Assembly: GCA_949358305.1 (NCBI GenBank)
Contig: OX442314.1
Span: forward strand, 5,952,001 to 6,016,000
DNA length: 64,000 bases
Source of the DNA: Strigamia acuminata
Taxonomy: Eukaryota
Reading direction: 5' to 3'
Shown here piece after piece: positions 1-10,054 of the stretch. The position numbers were made by a program, and so were the translations under genes. Under the pieces are notes generated by a model, which worked only from the letters and a program-made list of their open reading frames with translations, searched no databases and had not been told where the DNA came from. Numbering within the stretch: the first letter of the stretch is position 1; every line of letters begins with the position of its first letter.

Positions 1-241
1 AAACAAACAAGCTCTGTATTTGAGAGGACCATAGAGTTTTAAAAAAAAGCATTTTCTTCAAACATCTTGCGGTAAGTAGCACTGTCGATGGCAAATATTA
101 GAATTTTGCAGTTTTTATTTGAACTTTTGCACCATTTTGCCATTAGAAACATCGGCATTTACTTCGATAATTTATTAAGACGTCAATTGTGCTACAAGAG
201 TCTGAACTCATCTCTGGTCTGACTCAATTATCAGAATTATA

Positions 242-3200
242 ATGCAGAATTACTTGACCGTAGGAAATAGACGAAGATTACGAAAACTGCGTCTTTCGAT
301 TCAACTGATGATTAAGGCTGATGCCAATAAACCAAACTGTGGTATAATATGTTTGGACGATTTTGTAAACAGTAGAAAATATTGGAGCGGGCATCATGCA
401 TTTTGGCTATTTTTGCTCTTATTTTGCACATGCATGTTCATTTACCAGACGTATGACAGAATAATGCATTACTTAAGTTATCCTACGGCCGTTGATGTGA
501 CGACCAAAGCGGAGGAGATTGTTTTACCGAACTTGTTGATCTGTAGTAGCAACACAAAAGAAATGGCCAGGCTTTGGAATAAAACATATCCACACCTCAC
601 AACTAAAAAACCAGAAGATATTGACTCAAACGCTTTTGCATGTGCAAATATGGTAAAATCTCTGATGGCAATTCCAACCTACAACATGGATGAACTTTGG
701 AAGGCAACCAATATGACAAAAGAGATAGTTAGCATAAAAATGAAAGTAATGGAGCTTAATCATTTTTTTGAAGAAAATAATGATTGAGGTATTGTTTCTA
801 GGGATATTCAAATAAAACAGTTGTTCAGACAGAAACCTACACTACTTATGGAATGTGCTCAGAATTCCAATTTCGTAAATATGTTACCATTACTATTACT
901 GAATACAGAGGATTAAATCTCTTGAAATTCTTTTGTTGTTGTTAGGTAAAGATTCTAGTAAATCATTTGTTGGAAAATCGCTGACGGTTAATATTGAAAA
1001 ACTTTATGATTATATCTGTCCTGCAACTGCTTACCATGTAATTTTTCTAATATTATGTAATAACAATACTGATTTTCATTATTGCATTAGATCCTTCTAA
1101 CGTTAAATAAGTTTGAAAAACCTTATTTTAGAACGTATACATATCTTGGGATAAACTCAAAAATCAATTTGAGTTACAAAAAGGTAAAATTTTAAAATTT
1201 TTGGTTTATTTTTGTCCCATTGTTATTAATCCATCTTGTATTTCATTTCAGTACATATTTATCAATGCAACTATAAACTTATGCTCCACTGAAAATGAGT
1301 ACAGGAAATGTTTCCACGGTTGCCTGAAGACAATATTAAATAAGAAGCTAACCTGCAGGTAAATCGTAAATATGAATTTTTTTGATTGCATTGATGTCAA
1401 CCTGGCACGTCTTCACCCTCGGCTCTCTCAGCAACGTCTGTCTCTCACCACATCACTCTGCTCTTACCTCCCCTGCTAGGCCGGTCCACTCTTCCAAGAG
1501 GGGCATGGCTTAGGGCCACCAGCGGGTGTGTGTAGTGACGTAGGCCACTAGGGTGGCCAAACGGTCACATTCTTATTCAAAGTTTCAAAAAATTCGTATG
1601 GGTCGTAACAATCGACGTAATTATTGAATATAGTTTTTTCTTTCTAGTTTTCCATTTATTTATTTGAAAACCAATTTATCTCGCTGTGCGTGTTCAAATG
1701 AGGCACAAGAACAATACGGTGCGGCAAATAAAATAATTGATAACACCGATCCATTTGCTGATTGTCTATGTCGTCGTCCGTGTCAACAACTGATTTCTAA
1801 ACCATATGTTGAAATAAAGGCAATCGATAATAAAAAAATGCAATCCATATCTTTAGCAATTACCAATGAGAGAATTAATGTGTACGAAGAACGATACGCG
1901 TACGATGTTATTGCTTTACTATCGGATTTAGGAGGCAATTTGGGCCTGTTTCTCGGTCTGTCCATAATCTCATTAACCGAAGTCATCTGGTATTTATATT
2001 GCATTGCAGCAAACATTATTAAAACAAGACCCGTCAATAAGATACAGCATCTTTATGGGTTATGTAAGAAGACTAAAGTTGCTAGTAATAAGAAAATTAA
2101 AACGAATGGAATCTTAATGAAGCTCAAATTAATATTAGCAATAATTAGCACAGGATTTACTGTATACATGTTGCAACATTGTTTCAATTACTACATTGAT
2201 GAACCAGTAACTAAAGTCATTAGTGTTGTTCTACTGCGCAACACTGAATTTCCTTCTGTCACAGTCTGTGGTGAAGAACAAAATGATGGAATGGACCAAG
2301 CCAGATCATATCTACTTGAACAAACTAACAAAACCTGCAATAACCTGCAAATACCTTGGCAATTGTTCAGCAATGAATTATCATTGGAAGATATTTGGAG
2401 TGCTGTCGATATCCATGAATCAATCAATACTGATGATCATGTATCTGAGGTAAGACGGTTAATACACATCAACAATAATTTGAGTTATTAATAATTGATA
2501 CATTTGCTGGTAGTATACATATGGATATTCTACAACACTAAATGTTACAAAAAGTCTTATTCCACTTCCTTTTGGTCATTGTTCACAACTAAATGCAGGT
2601 AATTTAGTAAACAACTTTAAATATCTATTGCCATGATTTTCCGTAGCAAGAAACTACCGCTATTGCAATATTTGAATGGTTTTTACCGCCAAACCATTAA
2701 GTAAAGCAACAACTGCAAATGCAATTGGGCCAATGAATAACCATACGATTAAAACTATTTTCAAAATTTATGATTAATAACTTATCCATCTGGACTTGTA
2801 GTATGTATGTAGGGAATTTGCTGTAGTCTGTGCCTGACGCCTTGGTTTTTGTTAACAAAAACACAAGTTTAAATGATGCACTGTATAATTTAATTTTTGT
2901 GCACACAGCTGGTGATTTTTTAGTTTGATTTACCAGGCTCAAAAGTTTTAACGTTATTCTGGAGTGTTAGAAGCATATGTGATGACATTTTCATTTTCAA
3001 TAAGTAATGACAATCACTAACATTGATTTTATTTGTTCTTTTCAATCTTTTAGACAAATCACACCTCTTTGCCACCCTTCGCGTTTCGTTAGAATATTTT
3101 TATCCACCAAAAGTTTGTAGACAGCATTTATGGGTATATACTATTTAACCATTGCACAAATATGAATCACCGGTATGCACATCTTTCTGCACCGTCTTTT

Positions 3201-3907
3201 TCAGGGTTTTGTAAATATCCCGGAAGAGCAAGTTAATATTTTGGCACCACTGAAGATGAACTATGGATGGGTTAATATACTAATGGTTAAAATGTTTAAG
3301 GTAACAAAGATGAAAAAGATTTTTTTAATGCTTAAACTGACTTAATTTTTACGAAATAGATTGAACGAAGAGATACAAAGCGTAATCCATGTGAAACAAA
3401 CAAAGATACTTATGCGAAGTGTCAATCTGCTTGCATGCAGAATAATTTATATCAAATGATTAATTGCAGGTACTTGTAACAGCGTATTAGACAAATCATT
3501 TTGATCCAACTACCGCTTGTTTCAGCTTGCCCTACATGTCAACATCTGCTTTGCCAGATTGCAACACTACACAAGACATTAATCAAGCCAATTACATGTT
3601 TTTAAACAATTATGACTCGAATCAAAAAAGATGCAAATGCAAACGGCTTTGTACAAACTTTTTTTACCAAATTTCTGTGCATGATGTGAAATTAGATTAT
3701 GAGTTTTACACAGTTGTGGAGGTTAAATTAGCAGATAGTTTCATTGAGACCATAACCGAGAAACAGGCGTATCCAACACCTCAATTGCTTAGTGATGTTG
3801 GCAGTATTGTAGGCTTAGCTTTGGGAATGTCATTGCTATCTTTTTACATTTGGATTATAAACACTTATAATTGGTTTTTAACTAAAAAAAACTATCAAGT
3901 TTATTAA
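242..3907 (+). CDS. DEG/ENaC (ASIC/pickpocket-like) channel gene 1 encoding two fused subunits (~807 aa, 4 predicted TM). Exons: 242-745, 802-874, 946-1037, 1091-1183, 1252-1358, 1648-2449, 2514-2598, 3054-3133, 3205-3300, 3360-3469, 3526-3907
   Basis: Hand-spliced at GT..AG sites into an open 2424-nt frame. Subunit 1 motifs: TM1 + YLSYPT, LPNLLIC, TTYGMC, Cys-rich thumb, TM2 LLSDLGGNLGLFLGLS. Subunit 2 motifs: TM1 + YYIDEPV, FPSVTVC, PFGHC, TM2 LLSDVGSIVGLALGMS. Most exon lengths match paralog 2. Confidence 0.9.
1395..1568. repeat. GC-rich dispersed repeat fragment in intron 5 of gene 1, homologous (inverted) to ~57129-57310
   Basis: Reverse complement GTGACCGTTTGGCCACCCTAGTGGCCTACGTCACTACACACAC aligns to GTGACCGTTTGGCCAACCACTGTGATCCACGTCAGTCCACACAC at 57129. 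Both also carry AGGGTGA(A/G)GACGTG. Confidence 0.55.
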
Positions 3908-4026
3908 AACTATTTTTACCTGAAAGAATTACTTTTAATCACTGCACGAATGACATTAAAGTTTTATCAATTTCAGCACAATCTGGCACAGATTTAAAAC
4001 AAATTCAAATTGTAATATCAAATTTA

Positions 4027-4032
4027 AATAAA
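4027..4032 (+). promoter_or_regulatory. Candidate polyadenylation signal of gene 1
   Basis: AATAAA 120 nt after the stop codon, followed by a T/GT-rich tract. Confidence 0.45.
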
Positions 4033-4131
4033 CATTTATCAATAATTCAGATCATTTTTCATTTTGTTGTGTTTGAGCTGAAATGAATCAGCACTGTGTG
4101 ATCTCTTAATCACTTTTGGTGGTAAACACCA

Positions 4132-6047
4132 TGTGACGGTTTACAATGGCTATAAATGCCTATTTTCTTAGAAAGAAGCGCTGTTGCGCCATTATCATGA
4201 TATCTCGAAGATATTCTGTGTAAAACTGGTATAATTCCTAAATAAAGATATTTGGGATGTTTCAAATACAAAGATGTTCGTTTATTATTAATGAACACTC
4301 ATTTCTACATGATATAAATATATCACGGCCGAATTACGAAGAGTCGTCTGCTAAAACCCGCATTTGTCAATGCTCCATATTGCCACTAGATGGCGCGATC
4401 GCAATTAGCGGTAAATTCGAATACGAACTTGAAAACCTCATGATTAAATATAAACGTATATTTAATCAAGTGAATAAATTGTGTTAAATATTAATATAAA
4501 TATATATTAAATATCTGACATTGTTAAATACAATGTAACTTCCATTTCTGCGGGACAGAATGTTTAGCGATCAATCGGTCAACCGATCAATCTGATTGGT
4601 GGAACCCATTTCCGGTCCTGGGTATCCAGTTCCGGTTGTAACAAGGATTAGCATAATTTGCATAAATGCTCCTCCGTATCCACTTCCGGTGATACGGGAT
4701 TGGAGGAATTCATGGAACCAATGTTCCAATTGGATAGTTGGATTAATCCTTAATCCAGTCAGGTTATATAAACCCAAACAACCAGCCATTCCGCAGCTCT
4801 GTTTGATTATTTCTGTTTGGTATTGTTACTTATGAAATATGATTCGTTGTTCACGTAAAAAACCTTTTGGTTCTTTGTTGATTTATTCGCAAAGAACCGT
4901 TGCATGATTCTACAGAATCATGCCACCGCCGGCAATTGAAGTCGAAGTGCTGGGATTATTATGTTGCATAAATGTTACAGTCTACGGTTGCGACGCCGAA
5001 GGAGAACCCGCCGTTGTGCAATTCAGTATCCTCCGGACAGGACCAAGTTGTCTTTTTCGGTATGAACGTATTCCGTTACCACGAGTAGCATCGGTATTGT
5101 TGAGAATTGGTTCCTTCACCTGATGGTGCCAAAGCAGTCTGTTTTACAGTAACCACGAGTAGCACCAAGTGTTTGGCAAGCTGATTCTCATGGTATTCGA
5201 TGCCAAAGCAGTCGGTCTATTATTAGTACCGCGAGAGATTAAACTGCTGTGCGGAGCCGCGAGCTATCGACCCCTGTGTACGTGGTACCGTCAACCACTC
5301 GATGGACGACCGTGCTGCGACGCCGGGGACGCTTGATACCGTTCTGCATGGCAAGGCGTATATTCTAATCGATGGCAATTGTGTGTTGCGACGGGAAGAT
5401 TAATCTTTATCTTTATTTATAACAGTGAAATCTAACTTGGGAACAAGTTAGTCAAAATCAAGTCAAGTAACTCGAATTACTTATATATTGTATTCAATAT
5501 AATTATTAAGTTGGCGACAACTTAGTTACAAGAACATCCAAATAGGAAAACACAACGATACGAATTAAATATAATTCGTATAGCGGAATATTGATAACTA
5601 AATGAATACATTTAGTTACACCAATATCCTCCCAAAGTTGTGGCGGTGCACATGAGTCAACCGCATCTCTCAGATCATTCGATTCATCGACGTGCGATGA
5701 TATTACACAGCGAACCAAGGAACCAGCGAAGCCGTATCGGACTCCAGGACACAGCCATCCGGCTTAGATGACATCTATAACCAGGTCGAGCGATGGGAAA
5801 ACCGCTCCCATCCCATGGACACGTAATGATATTATTATAAAGCCATTTGGCTAACTTGTTGTATAGTTTAAATGATTATTTAACGGGCCAAATGTCGGCG
5901 TTAGTCCTATGTATAAATTAGCTTTGATATTATTGTTTGCCAACAATAAACTGTCTTGTATTTATCTCGTATTATATTCACTGTTATTCTATTGCGATCT
6001 ATTCCCGGTACCATTGTTAAATGGGAGTTGTGGTCGTCACCGTCACA
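4132..6047 (+). repeat. 5' LTR of element A
   Basis: TGTGACGG...CCGTCACA termini. Near-identical to 52255-55884 once solo LTR E is removed. TATATAAA at 4765, AATAAA at 5945. Confidence 0.95.
4383..4421 (+). promoter_or_regulatory. U3 composite motif: CTCF-like CCACTAGATGGCGC plus E2F/CHR-like GCGGTAAATTCGAA
   Basis: Matches the CTCF core consensus and resembles the E2F-CHR (DREAM) element. Related motifs lie in the LTRs of B, C, D and E. Protein binding is inferred. Confidence 0.5.
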
Positions 6048-6049
6048 CG

Positions 6050-6067
6050 TGGAGGTCCCACCGAGAT
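6050..6067 (+). promoter_or_regulatory. Primer-binding site of A, complementary to the tRNA-Gln 3' end
   Basis: TGGAGGTCCCACCGAGAT, 2 nt after the LTR, is the reverse complement of ATCTCGGTGGGACCTCCA. Confidence 0.9.
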
Positions 6068-7336
6068 AGGTTGCAATTAATTCAAATGAATTGCAACAGT
6101 GAATAATTGAGATAAATTTTAACTAAAAGCTTAGTTAAAAACAGACAAGTAGTTTTCAGTTTTACCTCTCATCCGAGAAGTTAAATTGATTAAATAGAAA
6201 CGTTTAAAGTGAAATTTTCCTTCATTATTTTCGTTCGAAAATTTAAGGGATTTCAAAGATCACCAACCCATCTCACACGATCACCGAGATAGGTTGCAAA
6301 GTTTAAATTCATGAGAATTTAATAAAGTGAATTCAGAAATAAATTGAGATTAAAAAACTTTAAATAAGTTTGACAAGTAACAGTTTCAAAACAAATTTTA
6401 TTTTCTCGAAGAAAATTAAAAACCCAGCCCTTTACAAAAGGAATTTCGAAATTCCAAACCCATCACAAGTGAAAGTTATATCAAGATAGGTTGCAAGTTA
6501 ATTCGATTGAATTGCAAAAGAGAATTTTGAGATAAATATTTAAACTAAAAAGATTTAGTTAAAAACAGATAAAACAGGTAAATAGATTTTCAATTTACAT
6601 TTTCATGTGAAAAAGTTAGGCTGATAAATTAGAAACGTTTAGTGCATTTTTCTTTTACCATTTTCGTTCGAAAAATTAAAGGAATACGAAGTATTTTAAA
6701 ATAAGAAATCAAAAGTTTCGAGTGAAATAAGAAAACAGATATTTTTTGATGTTTGTTTTATTTGAAAAGCTAAAATACGTACAAATTTAGACAGCGGACT
6801 TCCTACGAATTTATCTTTACACTTGAAAGCTAAAAACAAGAAAACACCGCAACTATTTAGAAATATTTACAAGAAATTAAGTTTCCTGTAACGGTACGTC
6901 GACGCCGATACCCAGCGACCATGAGCCGTAGCAATACGCGACGATCTCCGTTAAAAGCGTGACCGGAAAGCCCCTCAAAACCTTCGACGCAAGGTGCGAA
7001 CGAATGCTTGGAAATTACGGCGGACAAACGGATAAAAAACAGCGTGGAAATGTTACCGAAGGTTCGTAGAGATTTATTTAAGTATTGTGAACTTATTTTC
7101 CACTGCCGTCGGTACCCAAGATAATTTAGTTGTTTTAAAAAAATAACACACTCCATTTCGCGGAAAAGATTTGCAAATCGAAATAAATATTACCTTTATT
7201 TTGAAGGAATTAACTATTTTCAAAAGGTATAGTTTTCTTCGGAAAACAATGGAAAATTAAAATGGCGACAAATGAAATTGCCGACCACATGGAATAGTAT
7301 ATTTTCGTCGAAAATTAGGAATCACAATAAACAGTT

Positions 7337-8918
7337 TGTGATGATTACAAATCAATAGTTGTCAATGTTCACCATAGATGGCGCTGTTTAACCAACGCGC
7401 GTATTTCAAACTCGGTTAAAAACTAAAAAGTGTGATAAATAATTATTTAGACACGGTGAATAAAATATAACTATTTTATTCGATATAAATTAAGTATTAA
7501 TTACTTGATGATGTTGATTCTATCGAATCAATGTCCACTTTACTTACCTGTCGAAGGGAACCAATCGGACCCTTCCGGACCCCAACTGGGCCCATCTGGA
7601 CATAGTCACATATTAGGTCCGGACTAGTGACCCACGAATCCGCCGATTCGTACGCTGATTGGCTGTCGCCAATCTAGTAGTTCTACAGAACTATATAAGC
7701 ATCAGTTTTCCACTTCCCCAGGGCTTGGCTTGATAACTGTAAATGTCTGTAATTGAATTGTTGTTATCGTTTGATTTCACTTTCTTATCGACACATCAGG
7801 CCTCCTCAGCTCTCAATGGATATGTAGACTTACTATCTCGTTATTGCTTGTTGTAAGGCCCATCTGGGAAGGCTAACCTTGTAGACATGTTAACAACATG
7901 AAATGGCCCCGTAGTGTTAGCCAGCTGTTCTAAGGGACAGTAGGATTTCATACGGTGGCATAGTATAATGCTCATGCACGGGATTGACTAACCCGTTAAA
8001 TAAATGTCAAACTATATGATCGGTGATAGTCGCATCTATCTGAGCGATTCCTCGGACGAGGGTCAGACGCTCTGCCAAGAGCGTGTGTGCGGGAGGTCCC
8101 ACCCGAGCACGAAACAAACACGGACAAATGCTATTCCAGGGCGAATTGCGTATCATAGGTCCTTCCGTACTTTAGTGGTCGGTGAATGGCATATTTAAAG
8201 GCACACTACGCCGGGTTGGTAGCCCGTGAGAATTGTCCGTGAAGACATTTCGTTAAACAATTACTCAGGTATTGGTAATCCTGGAATTGGTAAATCCATA
8301 GGAATGTTTACCCGGTGGTTGGTACCACCGATAGCGATGTAAAGCGTACAAACAAATACTCGGCGCCTGATCACGAGATCTTGTCGTCGTAAGGCATGCT
8401 GGCGGATGGAGCCTCAACAACTCCCGCGACGGTCCTGTCGACTGTCGTGACTGTCCCCGCCCCATTAATATTTATACAACAATTCATTTGTTGTATTCCA
8501 CTAATCACTTTGTATTTATTTGACCTGGAATATTCTACAGAATATTCCTTTCCATACGAAGGACTCTTCGTATTATTAGATATTCGAGCTGCGGACCAAA
8601 TGCGTCTCCGTAGCGATATTTGTGACGATGCCGCAAGTCAGCCGTATCCCTCTGGCTTCGCCCGGATCCTCAACCAGTTGATGCCGCCCGTTTACACGCG
8701 TCAAGAACCCATTTACTGTTATCATTAATATTTAGTAATAAATATGTTAAGTCACACTAAAACTGTAAGTTATTTCTATTCGATCACATATTCATGTTTG
8801 TAAAGGCTTCCGTAGCTTATCTCGGTTAGGTTGTTGCTAAACTTAGCAACGTCTTGTATAAACCGAATTATCTATCTTAAAAGGACTAATAAATTGGCCC
8901 AAAAGTAGAATCGTCACA
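7337..8918 (+). repeat. 5' LTR of B
   Basis: TGTGATGAT...ATCGTCACA. Direct repeat of 19796-21377. TATATAA at 7692. Confidence 0.97.
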
Positions 8919-8920
8919 AG

Positions 8921-8938
8921 TGGAGGTTCTACCGAGAT
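8921..8938 (+). promoter_or_regulatory. PBS of B (tRNA-Gln)
   Basis: TGGAGGTTCTACCGAGAT, 2 nt after the LTR. Confidence 0.88.
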
Positions 8939-10054
8939 AGGCTGCCAAATTTTAAATAAAATTTGAAGTTTTGCATGTCTATGATGAATTCAAGTGGTGT
9001 AACGTTTATGGTGATTTTTGTGTGAAAAATAAATTTCGTTCGAGATTTATAAGTGTTTAATATATTTTATTCTGTTTTAGGACTTCTCGCAAGAAAAATA
9101 AGTGTAATACACTTTATTCCGATTTTCCGTCGGAGAAATTATGTGTTTTAACAAAACTAATAATTTCTACCGCGTGGTCAGGCCTAAAGGTCCAACCCCG
9201 AGAATAGGAGTCTTGCCCGAACTTGTTGAAGTTGGTTCCGCCCGGGTAACGTCATTTTGTCGTCGACAATCTGACAAAACCACGCGGTCGGGCCTAATTT
9301 TGAAAAGTTGACTTGTTGATGGAATTCTTAAAGAATTCTATCAATTTAATAGTTGTTTTAATTTCAGAATATTCTTTTATATGTATTTTGCTTGAGACTT
9401 CAAGTTAAACCTCAATTTATTTGCCTAAATAAAATAGAAAGAAAATTAACGCTTTTCGAAGGAATTAAAATTTATATTTTATTTCAAAGTGGGTTTACAT
9501 TATTTTACAGACTTGATCTACATTAAAATGTTGGTTAAAAATCATGATCTCAAGTCATTGAAATCGAATTTTACGAATGGAATACCATTCGAATTTTAGC
9601 GAAGAAGAATTCTCGCTGTTTTGTTGCCAAGCAACCCGTGTTGTGCAGAAAAGCCGTCGATTCAAACGAATTGGCGCGTCTTTTGAAATTACGAGTTTTA
9701 AAACTTTAAAAAAAAAAAAAAAAAATTCCATAAAGGTGATCATTCATTTATTAATAAATGTGGTGATATTTTAAATATTTTGAAAAGTATCCATTTTGTT
9801 TGGTGACTACGTCATAACACTGGAATCTGTCAAGATTACGGTTCCACGAACTTGATGATTTCCACCAATCTAGGACGAGATTGGACTCTCGCGAGACTAG
9901 CGTTGATATTTGACCAATCAGAGAGGTGTATCGAAGTACCCTTACTTCCTTTCGAACTAGTGTGACCACTGCTTCGTTTGCGACCCTCCTGAACGTTTGC
10001 AACTTCATCGTTATCTCTCAGACTTAGGAAATTTTCTTAGTTTTAAGTTTAGTT

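Noticed and set aside
8004..8728. Short ORFs repeated in LTR pairs (also in A, C and D)
   Set aside because: They recur only because the LTRs are duplicated, and they are not conserved between the sister LTRs of B and C.
4132..8918. Hammerhead or HDV-like ribozyme in the LTRs
   Set aside because: I found no convincing CUGANGA...GAAA core or nested double pseudoknot by eye; an Infernal search would be needed to exclude one.
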